Source: Candidatus Coprenecus sp.
GTDB taxonomy: Bacteria > Bacteroidota > Bacteroidia > Bacteroidales > UBA932
NCBI GenBank assembly: GCA_045603545.1
Contig: JAZUMG010000030.1
Location: forward strand, 866-64,865
Length of the DNA stretch: 64,000 bases
Direction of reading: 5' to 3'
The notes under the pieces were generated by a model. That model saw only the letters and a list, made by a program, of their open reading frames with translations. It was not told the DNA's origin and did no database searches. Below are positions 1-9,749 of this stretch, piece by piece. Made by a program: the position numbers and the translations under genes. The stretch's first letter is position 1. Every line of letters begins with the position of its first letter.

Positions 1-19
1 TTACAGAAAAGAGAAAGGT

Positions 20-547
20 GTGAATATGGATGTGGCAAGGAGGGAGGTCAAAGAATTTCTCACCAAATTTGAGGAAGAGCTGAAGCTTAGCAAGAATATA
101 GAGATTCCTGGTTTCGGCAAAATGAGGTCGACCAAAGAGGGGAACTATTTTTTTGTGGCTGACAAGAGGATAGGGATTTTTGCAGAAGATATGGGTTTGG
201 AACCTATCTCTCTGAAAATTCTCAATGAGAATCCTGACCAGGTGCTTGACATTTCAGAGGAGATGTCTTCAATTGTTGGCAGCGAGGTCTCCCTTGAGGA
301 GAACCCTATCAAGGAAGAGGATATGATTATTGATACTGTAGATTACCCTGTGGTGACTATAGATGAAGAAGACCCTGTTATTATGGAAAGAAGAAAAAGA
401 ATCATTATCATTTTGAGCATAATCAATGTTTTGCTTGTGCTGACAGTGTTGTTCCTTATTTTCAAGGAGCCTATTATGGGACTCTTCGAGGGGATGATGT
501 ATTCTGAGGAGGAGATGGAGCTTCTCCGTCAGAACGGTCTGCTGTAG
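20..547 (+). CDS. Hypothetical membrane-anchored protein with an N-terminal HU-like (CCDC81-type) fold; possibly 5'-truncated by the window edge
   Basis: ORF has a GTG start at 20 but no in-frame stop between nt 2 and 19, so it may extend upstream. NIEIPGFGKM...GNYFFVADKR resembles bacterial HU/CCDC81 domains. An acidic linker precedes one TM helix (IIIILSIINVLLVLTVLFLIF). Confidence 0.5.
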   Translation: MNMDVARREVKEFLTKFEEELKLSKNIEIPGFGKMRSTKEGNYFFVADKRIGIFAEDMGLEPISLKILNENPDQVLDISEEMSSIVGSEVSLEENPIKEEDMIIDTVDYPVVTIDEEDPVIMERRKRIIIILSIINVLLVLTVLFLIFKEPIMGLFEGMMYSEEEMELLRQNGLL

Positions 548-581
548 AGGACTTAACCTAATGACTATATAAAAGAAAAAT

Positions 582-612
582 GGTAACCGAAATTTTTCGG
601 TTACCTTTTTTT
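582..612. terminator. Bidirectional rho-independent terminator between convergent genes
   Basis: GGTAACCGAAA (582-592) pairs with TTTCGGTTACC (595-605). An A-tract lies upstream and TTTTTTT downstream. Confidence 0.7.
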
Positions 613-631
613 GTATTGTATCGGATGGTGC

Positions 632-2689
632 TTATCCTATTGTCGCACCATTGCCAAGACGCTCTTCTGGGGTAACGATACGCATCTTTCCGTCAAGCTC
701 TTTGGCCATAAGGATCATGCCTTGTGATTCGATGCCTCGGATTTTGCGTGGTGCCAGGTTGGCAAGGATACTGATCTGTTTGCCTACCATCTCTTCAGGG
801 GTATAGTATTCTGCAATACCCGATACGATGGTCCTGACATCGAGGCCTGTGTCAATCTTGAGTTTGAGGAGTTTGTCGGTTTTTGGAACCCTTTCTGCTT
901 CAAGTACAGTAGCTGTGCGGATATCCATCTTTTCGAAATCTTCGAATGTGCATTGCCCTTTGGCTGGAACTACTTTGGGCTCTTTGGCTTTGGCTGCCTC
1001 TTCGTTTTTCTTGCGGATATCCTCAAGTCTTTGGAGTTGTGCATCGATCTGCGGATCCTCTATCTTGCTGAACAACAGTTCTGCGGCGCCAAGGGTATGA
1101 CCCTCTTCAAGAAGTTTGGTACCGAAGTTCTCCCAAGTCAATTTCTCTTCTGCAATATTCAGCATATTGCAGAGTTTCTTAGTTGAGAATGGGAGGAACG
1201 GAGCAAATGCAAATGCAAGGTTTGCACAAATCTCAAGCGAAACGCCAAGGATAGATGCTACCCTCTCCATATCTGTTTTGGCCACTTTCCAAGGCTCGGT
1301 CTCTGTGAGGTATTTGTTTCCGAGACGGGCGAGGTTCATCGCCTCTTTAAGGGCCTCTCTGAAACGGTAGTTCTCCAAGTTCTCCTGGATGGCCTTTTTG
1401 AGTTCAGGGATCTGAGCCAATACCTCTGCGTCGATAGCTTCTGGTTTGAGGTTTGCAGGGACTTTGCCACCGAAGTATTTGTGTGTAAGGACTACTGCAC
1501 GGTTTACGAAGTTGCCGTAGATGGCGACAAGCTCGGAGTTGTTGCGGGTCTGGAAGTCCTTCCAAGTGAAGTCGTTATCTTTGGTCTCAGGTGCATTTGC
1601 GCAAAGGACATAGCGGAGGACATCCTGCTGCCCTTCGAAGTCGCGGAGGTATTCGTGAAGCCAGATGGCCCAGTTGCGTGATGTGGAGATCTTGTCACCT
1701 TCGAGGTTGAGGAATTCGTTTGCAGGGACATTCTCTGGTAGGATATAGTCGCCGTGAGCCTTGAGCATAGATGGAAATACGATGCAGTGGAACACGATGT
1801 TGTCCTTGCCGATGAAGTGTACCATCTTGGTATCTTCGTCTTTCCACCAGGTCTCCCAGTCTTCGGGACGGATCTCGATGGTGTTTGATATGTAGCCGAT
1901 AGGGGCATCAAACCATACATAGAGCACTTTGCCCTCTGCACCCTCTACAGGTACTGGAACACCCCAGTCGAGGTCACGGCTCACTGCACGAGGTTGGAGA
2001 CCTCCGTCAATCCACGATTTGCACTGTCCGTATACATTTGATTTCCACTCTTTATGGCCGTCAAGAATCCACTCTTTGAGCCAGGGTTCGTATTGGTCAA
2101 GTGGAAGATACCAGTGTTTGGTCTTTTTCTTGATAGGGGTGTTGCCGCTAAGTGATGAGTGCGGGTTGAGCAGCTCATCCGGGCTGAGTGTGCTTCCGCA
2201 TTTCTCACACTGGTCGCCGTAAGCTCCCTCTGCTCCGCATTTGGGACAGGTTCCCACGATGTATCTGTCTGCAAGGAACTGTTTGGCCTCTTCGTCATAA
2301 TATTGTTCTGACTCTTTCTCGATGAATTTGCCCTCTTCGTAGAGCTTTTTAAAGAAGTCTGCGGCCACTCTGCGGTGAGTGCTGGAGCTGGTGCGTGAAT
2401 ATACATCGAAAGAGATGCCGAATTCTGCAAATGAGTCTTTGATGATAGTGTGGTATTTGTCCACTATGTCTTGAGGGGTGCATCCCTGCTGTTTGGCCTT
2501 GATGGTGATGGGAACGCCGTGCTCGTCAGATCCGCCAATAAAAAGAACATCCCTACCACACATTCGCAGGTACCTTACATAGATGTCTGCTGGAACATAA
2601 ACTCCTGCGAGGTGCCCAATGTGTACGGGCCCGTTTGCGTAAGGCAACGCTGATGTAATCAGGTAGCGTTTGTAATTCTTTTCTGTCAT
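632..2689 (-). CDS. metG: Methionine--tRNA ligase
   Basis: N-terminal [16 protein letters not shown] (HIGH motif), Zn-knuckle CPKCG...CEKCG, KISTSRN (KMSKS-like), and a C-terminal tRNA-binding domain (GIESQGMIL). Confidence 0.97.
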   Translation of the reverse strand: MTEKNYKRYLITSALPYANGPVHIGHLAGVYVPADIYVRYLRMCGRDVLFIGGSDEHGVPITIKAKQQGCTPQDIVDKYHTIIKDSFAEFGISFDVYSRTSSSTHRRVAADFFKKLYEEGKFIEKESEQYYDEEAKQFLADRYIVGTCPKCGAEGAYGDQCEKCGSTLSPDELLNPHSSLSGNTPIKKKTKHWYLPLDQYEPWLKEWILDGHKEWKSNVYGQCKSWIDGGLQPRAVSRDLDWGVPVPVEGAEGKVLYVWFDAPIGYISNTIEIRPEDWETWWKDEDTKMVHFIGKDNIVFHCIVFPSMLKAHGDYILPENVPANEFLNLEGDKISTSRNWAIWLHEYLRDFEGQQDVLRYVLCANAPETKDNDFTWKDFQTRNNSELVAIYGNFVNRAVVLTHKYFGGKVPANLKPEAIDAEVLAQIPELKKAIQENLENYRFREALKEAMNLARLGNKYLTETEPWKVAKTDMERVASILGVSLEICANLAFAFAPFLPFSTKKLCNMLNIAEEKLTWENFGTKLLEEGHTLGAAELLFSKIEDPQIDAQLQRLEDIRKKNEEAAKAKEPKVVPAKGQCTFEDFEKMDIRTATVLEAERVPKTDKLLKLKIDTGLDVRTIVSGIAEYYTPEEMVGKQISILANLAPRKIRGIESQGMILMAKELDGKMRIVTPEERLGNGATIG

Positions 2690-2729
2690 AATTTTCTATA
2701 GTATTTTTAAGTTTTCCGTTTTAAGGTGG

Positions 2730-2737
2730 CAAATATA
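2730..2737 (-). promoter_or_regulatory. Bacteroidota -7 promoter box (TATATTTG on the minus strand) for metG
   Basis: Plus-strand CAAATATA is TAnnTTTG on the minus strand, about 40 nt upstream of the metG ATG. Confidence 0.5.
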
Positions 2738-2761
2738 CAGATATTTCTCTCAGGGTAAACC

Positions 2762-4786
2762 CTATGTGAGCCGTTTAAGCTCTTTTGAGAACCGATTTTT
2801 AATTGGCATCAGTCTCTGTATCTGCAGCATCAGCTCATTCTGGAGCTCGATGTTGTTCTCCTGCTGGGCTTGTCCGAGTTGTCTGACCAGAAGGTTGTAA
2901 GTGTACTCTATCACTTTTGTCTTGTAGACAAGGATAATCTTGGGGACATATTTTCCGATGAGGTTCTCTTCCGGTACAAGTGTCTTTTGGAACTCCTTGA
3001 TGTTGACGGAGTGTTTCTGGTATATCAGGTCGATAACTGTCTGGGATATATGTTTGTCGGGATGGTTTGCGAACCACTTCTCCATCTGTCCGTTTTCCCT
3101 CTCCTGCTCCCTGTGTTCGAAGTAGAGGTCATATACTTTTTTCAGAACAGAGTTCTGCAGCTCAAACTGCTCATACTCCAGTTCGGCAGATATGTATTCT
3201 GATACGGTTATCTCCTGTACAGGCTGTTCGCTCCCCACTATCATATGTTCTTCAAAGTGTATTATATGCTCTCCGAATTTTACGAGATAGTACAATATCT
3301 CCTTTTCATATGGTTCCAGGAATGGTACCTCCGGGTCGCTGTGTGTTGCCTGGGGTGCAGAGGCATGGGGTGGTGTCTCTTCAGCGGGGAGGGTCCTTTC
3401 GAGTTCCCTCCGTCTGGCTTCCCTCTCTTCACTCTTCCTCTTTGCGTCTTCTCCCGAGATTATGTTGTCCCGTCTGGTCCTGGCTACTTCCTGTGAGAGA
3501 ATCTCCTGTTTTACATCGAGTTTCTGTGCACTTTGTTCTATATATACGGTCCTTACGATTCTGTCTGGAATAAGGGAGATGGTCCTTACGATCTCCTTTA
3601 TGAGGCCTGCCTTCCGGAGGGGGTCCTTTGCGATGTCCTTTGCGAGGAGCTCATATTTGAAATCGATGAAATCTGTCTCGGCCTCATCGAGAAATTTGGT
3701 AATCTGATCCACAGAGTGGCTCCGCGCAAACGAGTCGGGGTCGTGCCCGTCCGGGAAGAGGGCCACTTTGACCTCCATCCCCTCCTCAAGGAGCATGTCG
3801 ATACCTCTGATTGAAGCCTTGATTCCTGCAGGGTCCCCGTCATAAAGGACAGTTATTTTGTTGGTGAATCGCTTGATGAGCCTGATCTGCCCCTGTGTGA
3901 GTGAGGTGCCCGATGAAGCGACCACATTCTCTATGCCGGCCTGGTGGAATGAGATTACATCCGTATACCCCTCCACAAGATAGCATTTCCCGAGCTTTGC
4001 GATGGCACTCTTGGCCTGATAGATGCCGTAGAGGACATCACTTTTGTGGTATATCTCAGTTTCGGGAGAGTTTACATATTTTGCTACCGATTTGTCGGTA
4101 AGGAGTGTCCTTCCGCCAAAGGCAATGACCCTGCCGCTGAGGGAGTGGATCGGGAACATCACCCTGTCATAGAATTTGTCTGCAAGGGATTTGTCGTTCC
4201 TCTCAATGCACAGCCCTGTGGCAATCAGGTATTCCCTTTTGTATCCAGCCTTCTGTGCTGCTGCGGCAAGGGTGGTAGTTCCCTCCATCTTGCGTGGGTC
4301 TGGGGAGAATCCCAAGCCGAACTTCTTTATGGTCTCGTCGGAAAATCCGCGTGCCTGACGGAAATAGGAGAGACCTATAGCCCTTCCGGCGTCAGTATGA
4401 AAAAGGGTATCGGTGTAGAATTGTCTTGCAAACTCCGAAACCACCAGAAGCGATTCGTGGCGTAGCCTCTCCTGGGTATCCTCTTCGGTCTCCTCTTTCT
4501 CCACCACCTCGATTCCATATTTCTTTCCCAGATACTTCAGTGCCTCAGAGTAGGTGAGGTGTTCGTGCTCCATCACGAAAGTGACCGCACTTCCCGCCTT
4601 TCCGCACCCGAAGCATTTGAAAATGCCCTTGGCGGGAGATACCGAGAAGGATGGTGTCTTTTCATTGTGGAACGGGCAGCAGGCGATATAATTGGCCCCT
4701 CTGCGCTTCAGTGTGACGAAGTCGCTCACTACATCCACAATTTCTGCGGTGTCCAGAATTTTTTGTACTGTATTGCGGTCAATCAT
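2762..4786 (-). CDS. dnaG: DNA primase
   Basis: MIDRNTVQKIL...CCPFHNEKTPSFSV...FKCFGCGKAG zinc finger, TOPRIM (YLVEGYTDV, LYDGDPAG). The start is set at ATG 4786; the 79-codon extension in the ORF track runs across the recA start and has no primase similarity. Confidence 0.93.
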   Translation of the reverse strand: MIDRNTVQKILDTAEIVDVVSDFVTLKRRGANYIACCPFHNEKTPSFSVSPAKGIFKCFGCGKAGSAVTFVMEHEHLTYSEALKYLGKKYGIEVVEKEETEEDTQERLRHESLLVVSEFARQFYTDTLFHTDAGRAIGLSYFRQARGFSDETIKKFGLGFSPDPRKMEGTTTLAAAAQKAGYKREYLIATGLCIERNDKSLADKFYDRVMFPIHSLSGRVIAFGGRTLLTDKSVAKYVNSPETEIYHKSDVLYGIYQAKSAIAKLGKCYLVEGYTDVISFHQAGIENVVASSGTSLTQGQIRLIKRFTNKITVLYDGDPAGIKASIRGIDMLLEEGMEVKVALFPDGHDPDSFARSHSVDQITKFLDEAETDFIDFKYELLAKDIAKDPLRKAGLIKEIVRTISLIPDRIVRTVYIEQSAQKLDVKQEILSQEVARTRRDNIISGEDAKRKSEEREARRRELERTLPAEETPPHASAPQATHSDPEVPFLEPYEKEILYYLVKFGEHIIHFEEHMIVGSEQPVQEITVSEYISAELEYEQFELQNSVLKKVYDLYFEHREQERENGQMEKWFANHPDKHISQTVIDLIYQKHSVNIKEFQKTLVPEENLIGKYVPKIILVYKTKVIEYTYNLLVRQLGQAQQENNIELQNELMLQIQRLMPIKNRFSKELKRLT

Positions 4787-4812
4787 AGTTGCAAAGATAG
4801 CAATAATATCAC

Positions 4813-4820
4813 TATATTTG
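4813..4820 (+). promoter_or_regulatory. -7 promoter box TATATTTG for recA
   Basis: Exact TAnnTTTG match 24 nt upstream of the recA ATG. No SD sequence is present. Confidence 0.5.
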
Positions 4821-4843
4821 CATAGATAAAAACGAATGAAATT

Positions 4844-5875
4844 ATGGGAAAAGAAATTGTTGAAAATCAGGCTGCACAAGTGAATGAGGCCAAGCTGAAA
4901 GCACTTCAGGCGACAATCGCGAAGATTGAAAAGGATTTTGGTAAAGGGACAATCATGAAGATGGGAGATCAGCCTGAATGGGAAGTTTCCACTATCGGCA
5001 CTGGTTCCATTGCATTGGACCATGCTTTAGGAATCGGAGGGTATCCCAGAGGTAGAGTGATTGAGATTTACGGACCTGAGTCGAGCGGTAAGACCACATT
5101 GGCCATCCACGCCATTGCACAGGCTCAGAAAAATGGCGGCATTGCTGCCATCATCGATGCGGAGCACGCATTTGACAGAACTTATGCCAAAAATCTGGGT
5201 GTCAATGTGGATACCCTGTTGATTTCACAGCCGGACAATGGTGAACAGGCACTTGAGGTGGCAGACAATCTTATCAGAAGTGGTGCCATCGACATCATCG
5301 TTATCGACTCTGTGGCAGCATTGACCCCTAAGGCGGAGATCGAGGGTGAGATGGGCGATTCGAGGGTAGGTCTTCATGCACGTCTTATGAGCCAGGCTCT
5401 AAGAAAGTTGACTGCAAATATTGCCAAGACCAACACCTGCTGCATCTTCATCAACCAGCTTCGTGAGAAGATCGGGGTGATGTTCGGTAACCCTGAGACC
5501 ACTACCGGTGGTAATGCGCTCAAATTCTACGCATCAGTACGTATTGATGTGAGAAAAGTGACCCAGCTCAAGGATGGAGAAGAGGCAACAGGTAACCGTA
5601 CCCGTGCCAAAATCGTGAAGAACAAGATGGCTCCACCTTTCCGTAAAGCTGAGTTTGATATCGTTTTCGGTGAGGGTATCTCGAAAATTGGCGAGATCGT
5701 AGATTTGGGCGTGGAATTTGATGTTATCAAGAAGAGCGGATCGTGGTTCAGCTATGGCGAGTCAAAACTGGCCCAGGGTAGGGATGCTGTCAAACAGCTG
5801 TTGACCGACAATCCTGAGCTTACCGAGGAGATTGAAGCCAAGATTCGTGAGCAAATCAAAAATGTAACTGAGTAA
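4844..5875 (+). CDS. recA: Recombinase RecA
   Basis: [10 protein letters not shown] Walker [43 protein letters not shown]. Confidence 0.98.
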   Translation: MGKEIVENQAAQVNEAKLKALQATIAKIEKDFGKGTIMKMGDQPEWEVSTIGTGSIALDHALGIGGYPRGRVIEIYGPESSGKTTLAIHAIAQAQKNGGIAAIIDAEHAFDRTYAKNLGVNVDTLLISQPDNGEQALEVADNLIRSGAIDIIVIDSVAALTPKAEIEGEMGDSRVGLHARLMSQALRKLTANIAKTNTCCIFINQLREKIGVMFGNPETTTGGNALKFYASVRIDVRKVTQLKDGEEATGNRTRAKIVKNKMAPPFRKAEFDIVFGEGISKIGEIVDLGVEFDVIKKSGSWFSYGESKLAQGRDAVKQLLTDNPELTEEIEAKIREQIKNVTE

Positions 5876-5876
5876 G

Positions 5877-6884
5877 GTGATGAAGAAAGCACTTTTGGGA
5901 CATAATCTTCAGGAGCTGAAATATATCGTTTCACTCTTCGGGTTGCCATCTTTTACAGCCAAGCAGATCGCTGACTGGCTGTACAAAAAGAGGGTGAAGA
6001 GCATTGACGATATGACCAATTTGTCCAAAAGTGCCAGAGAAAAACTCTCTGCGGAGTATGAGGTGGGTCGCACAGAATACTCCGGAAAAATAATATCATC
6101 TGATGGAACCAAGAAATATCTGTTTATGGTCGGGGATCGTGGTATAGAGACTGTTATGATCCCCGATGATGACAGATATACCATATGTGTCTCATCCCAG
6201 GTGGGCTGCAAGATGGGATGCAAATTCTGCATGACTGGAAGACAGGGTTTTCACGGTCATCTCTCTTCAGCCCAGATTCTGTCCCAGTTCCTGGAGATAG
6301 ATGAATCTGACAAGCTTACCAATGCTGTGTTTATGGGTATGGGTGAGCCTCTTGACAACTATAATGCTGTACTCAGGACTATAGAGATCCTTACCTCGGA
6401 ATGGGGATTCGGATGGAGCCCCAAGAGGATTACACTCTCTACCATAGGGGTGTTGCCCACCCTGAAGAACTATCTGGATGACTGTAAATGCCATCTGGCG
6501 GTCAGCCTTCATGACCCATTTGCCGATGAGAGGCTTTCACTTATGCCTATGCAGAAGCCTTTCCCTATTGAGGAGACAGTCAGCCTCATCAAGCAGTACG
6601 ACTTTACAGGGCAGCGCAGGGTGAGCTTCGAGTACATTATGTTTGCAGGGATTAACGACACCAAGAGGCATGCTGATGCCCTGGTCCGCCTTTTGAACGG
6701 GCTGGAGTGTCGTATAAACCTGATTAGATTTCACAAAATACCGGATTCGGACCTCTCTCCATCACCAATGCCTGTCATAGAGGCATTCAAAAAGAGGCTC
6801 AACGATGCCGGAATTGTCACCACTTTGCGTGCTTCCAGAGGGGAGGATGTGTTGGCTGCATGCGGCATGTTGGCCGGTAAATGA
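5877..6884 (+). CDS. rlmN: 23S rRNA (adenine2503-C2)-methyltransferase, radical SAM
   Basis: CVSSQVGCKMGCKFCMTG radical-SAM cluster motif, C-terminal AACGML. GTG at 5877 or ATG at 5880 are both possible starts. Confidence 0.93.
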   Translation: MMKKALLGHNLQELKYIVSLFGLPSFTAKQIADWLYKKRVKSIDDMTNLSKSAREKLSAEYEVGRTEYSGKIISSDGTKKYLFMVGDRGIETVMIPDDDRYTICVSSQVGCKMGCKFCMTGRQGFHGHLSSAQILSQFLEIDESDKLTNAVFMGMGEPLDNYNAVLRTIEILTSEWGFGWSPKRITLSTIGVLPTLKNYLDDCKCHLAVSLHDPFADERLSLMPMQKPFPIEETVSLIKQYDFTGQRRVSFEYIMFAGINDTKRHADALVRLLNGLECRINLIRFHKIPDSDLSPSPMPVIEAFKKRLNDAGIVTTLRASRGEDVLAACGMLAGK

Positions 6885-6896
6885 TAATTCTCTGCG

Positions 6897-9263
6897 GTGA
6901 TGAAAAAATACATTCTGATATTGGCCTTAATGGTAGCATCGGCTACATCCTCTTTCGGACAGAATAGGGGAGAACGTCCTACAATAGGTCTTGTTCTGGC
7001 CGGAGGCGGTGCCAAAGGTGCTGCCCATATCGGAGTTATCAAGCTTATAGAAGAGGTGGGGATCCCCATTGATTATGTGGCTGGTACCAGTATGGGCTCG
7101 ATAATCGGCGGAATGTATGCTCTGGGCTACTCTTCTGCAGAGATGGACAGTATAATAAGCAATATGGACTGGTCTTTCTATATGAGCAATAAAGTCGATA
7201 GAAGGGAGGTCTCATATGAGCACAAGTCTATGGATTCGAGGTATCTGATAGACATACCGTTTGATATTCCAAAAAAGATCAATGACCGTCTCATAAAAGG
7301 GATGACAGAAGAGAACCTGGAAGATGTCACAGTGATAGGTCAGAAGTCATTTGTGAACTCTCTTCCGGGGGGATATATAAACGGCAACAATATTTTCAAT
7401 ATGCTCAACAGCCTGGCTGTGGGGTATCAGGACTCCATCAATTTCAATAACCTCCCGATACCATATGCTTGTGTGTCGGTAAATGCCATGGACGGTTCCC
7501 AAAAAATCCACAGGGATGGTTCTCTCCCTATGGCCATGAGGGCAAGTATGGCGATTCCTGGGGTATTTACCCCTGTGCATGTGGGGAACGAGGTTCTGGT
7601 GGATGGAGGTATGCTGAATAATTTTCCTGTAGATGTGTGCAAGGCGATGGGTGCGGATATCATTATAGGGGTCAACTTGTCTGGAGGGCTCTCTTCTGAT
7701 AAGGATAAGATCAGTGCTCTGCCAGGTCTGCTGGGACAGCTTTTTGGAATAATTACAGGAAATCAGGTGCAGGCTCACGCCCAGATGTGCAATATATACC
7801 TTAACCCTAATCTCAAAGAGGGGGGATATGGTACTTTGAGCTTCGACAAGAAGAGCATTAAGGAGATAATGGAGATCGGATACAATACTGCGGCGGCCAA
7901 AAGGGATGAATTTGTCGCTTTGAGGGGGGAACTGGAGACTTATGGAGTGGATCTCTCACAAAAGTACCATAATAAAAAAGCTGTAAATCTTCTTGAAGAG
8001 GAGATTGCTGTTACAGAAGTGGTGTGGACGGGAATCAGGGAAGAGGATATACCCTGGATGGTCCGCAAATCGAGACTTGATATCTCAAAACCTTTGAAAA
8101 AGAGTGATATAGATAAAGCGGTCTCGTTTTTCTATGGTACTAAGGCTTTTTCAAATATTACATATTATGTAAGGAAATCAAATGAGGACGATTCGGGGTA
8201 TCAGCTCGAGTTTGTCTTCAAACTCAATGAGCCGAACAGTTTTAAACTCGGTTTCCGCTTTGACTCATATGAGACGGCAGCATTAGGATTCAGATTTGCC
8301 CTGAATGAACATAAACTAAGAGGATTCAAGGCGAGCCTCACTACAAAATTAAGTTACAATCCATGGATAAAAGTGGCGGCGTCGTATGCTGCCGGGGTGT
8401 GGCCGAATATCAATATCGAGTACTACCTTAAGGAGAATGAGATGGATATAAATGAGATGGGTAGTAGTCTGGTGAATATCAGAAGCAGCAGACAGGATGT
8501 GAGGGTTTATCTGTCCCAGTTCTATTCCAAGAATATAGGTGTAGGGGGGGGACTTGACTTCCAGATGTATAGGACACCTAAATTTATCTCTCTCGACAAT
8601 AAGAATCAAGTCTCTTTTGCCCCGGTAAATACATTGGGGGCGTATGCTTATTTTGACTATGATACCAGGGACAGGGATCTGTTTACAAACAGAGGTGTCG
8701 ATCTTCATATGCATGGCGTATGGAACTTCTACCAGTTTGGGAACAGTGTAATAGACTTCAACCAGCCAAAGAAGCTGAAACTGGGTCAGGCTTACGGCAG
8801 TATTGTCTCTTATATCCCTGTGGGCAAAAGATTCAATATAATTCCTCAGTTATATGCAGGTGTGGTTTTTGCCAAGGATGCCTATTACTATGGGGACCGT
8901 CCCATATATGACTATTTTGCAAACTTCATCGGAGGCGGGCAGATGCAGGGTAGACATTTCGATCAGGAACTCCCGTTTGTGGGGATAAACAAGGTAGAGT
9001 ATGCATATAATAATGTGACGATTCTGAGACTCGATATAAGGTATAATGTTTTCGAAAAATTCTACTTGACTGCGATGTCAAACTATCTCCATGATGCAGA
9101 TGAGATAAGGAATTTCTTCAAAGCGGAGCATACTGACAATATATGGGGTTTTGGATTGCAATCCGGATATGACAGTGCGATAGGACCTGTCTCGTTGGAT
9201 CTCCATTGGGCCAGCCATACAAAAAAAGTAGGTGCATATTTGAATATAGGCTATTATTTTTAG
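6897..9263 (+). CDS. Patatin-like phospholipase fused to an Omp85/surface-antigen beta-barrel (PlpD / type Vd-like architecture)
   Basis: Signal peptide; GGGAKGAAH oxyanion motif; GTSMG nucleophile elbow; VDGGMLNNFP Asp dyad. The C-terminal half has alternating beta-strand character and ends in ...YLNIGYYF (terminal aromatic OMP signature). Confidence 0.85.
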   Translation: MMKKYILILALMVASATSSFGQNRGERPTIGLVLAGGGAKGAAHIGVIKLIEEVGIPIDYVAGTSMGSIIGGMYALGYSSAEMDSIISNMDWSFYMSNKVDRREVSYEHKSMDSRYLIDIPFDIPKKINDRLIKGMTEENLEDVTVIGQKSFVNSLPGGYINGNNIFNMLNSLAVGYQDSINFNNLPIPYACVSVNAMDGSQKIHRDGSLPMAMRASMAIPGVFTPVHVGNEVLVDGGMLNNFPVDVCKAMGADIIIGVNLSGGLSSDKDKISALPGLLGQLFGIITGNQVQAHAQMCNIYLNPNLKEGGYGTLSFDKKSIKEIMEIGYNTAAAKRDEFVALRGELETYGVDLSQKYHNKKAVNLLEEEIAVTEVVWTGIREEDIPWMVRKSRLDISKPLKKSDIDKAVSFFYGTKAFSNITYYVRKSNEDDSGYQLEFVFKLNEPNSFKLGFRFDSYETAALGFRFALNEHKLRGFKASLTTKLSYNPWIKVAASYAAGVWPNINIEYYLKENEMDINEMGSSLVNIRSSRQDVRVYLSQFYSKNIGVGGGLDFQMYRTPKFISLDNKNQVSFAPVNTLGAYAYFDYDTRDRDLFTNRGVDLHMHGVWNFYQFGNSVIDFNQPKKLKLGQAYGSIVSYIPVGKRFNIIPQLYAGVVFAKDAYYYGDRPIYDYFANFIGGGQMQGRHFDQELPFVGINKVEYAYNNVTILRLDIRYNVFEKFYLTAMSNYLHDADEIRNFFKAEHTDNIWGFGLQSGYDSAIGPVSLDLHWASHTKKVGAYLNIGYYF

Positions 9264-9266
9264 AGG

Positions 9267-9749
9267 ATGAAAGCAGAGGAAGACAATAAAAAAATCGCGA
9301 TGGCCAAGATGGAGGCTATATGCTCCCGAAGGGAGTATTGCTGTGCAGATATAAGGGAAAAACTCAGGCGGTATCTGTTGTCGGAGGAGGTTGTAGACGG
9401 TATCATATCATCCCTGCAGCGCAATAAGTATCTGGATGATTCGAGATATGCTGCTGCGTTTGCCAGAGACAAGGCTTCATTGGCAGGTTGGGGTGCGAGA
9501 AAGATAGAGTTTGCTTTGAGGAGGAAAGGGGTGTCATCAGAGGTTATAAGGGAGGCTCTATGTGATATGGATCAGGAAAAGGTTTCGGAGAGGATGCAGG
9601 AGGTGGTACTCAGAAAATGGCGTTCCCTTTCGAATGAGGATGATCTTGAGAAGAGGAGAATTAAAACGATTAAATTTGCTTTGGGTAGGGGGTACTCTTT
9701 TGAGGAGGTCTCCTCTTTTGTCCAAGGATTGAAAAATAGCAAGGTATGA
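9267..9749 (+). CDS. recX: Recombination regulator RecX
   Basis: About 160 aa of helical repeats: CSRREYCCADIREKL, YLDDSRYAAAFARDK, GWGARKIEFALRRKGV. Confidence 0.85.
   Translation: MKAEEDNKKIAMAKMEAICSRREYCCADIREKLRRYLLSEEVVDGIISSLQRNKYLDDSRYAAAFARDKASLAGWGARKIEFALRRKGVSSEVIREALCDMDQEKVSERMQEVVLRKWRSLSNEDDLEKRRIKTIKFALGRGYSFEEVSSFVQGLKNSKV

Noticed and set aside
4787-5023. 79-codon N-terminal extension of the dnaG ORF that overlaps the recA start on the opposite strand
   Set aside because: The extension has no primase similarity and is Cys/Phe/Leu-rich junk. The conserved primase N-terminus begins at Met 4786. A recA promoter box lies inside the extension.
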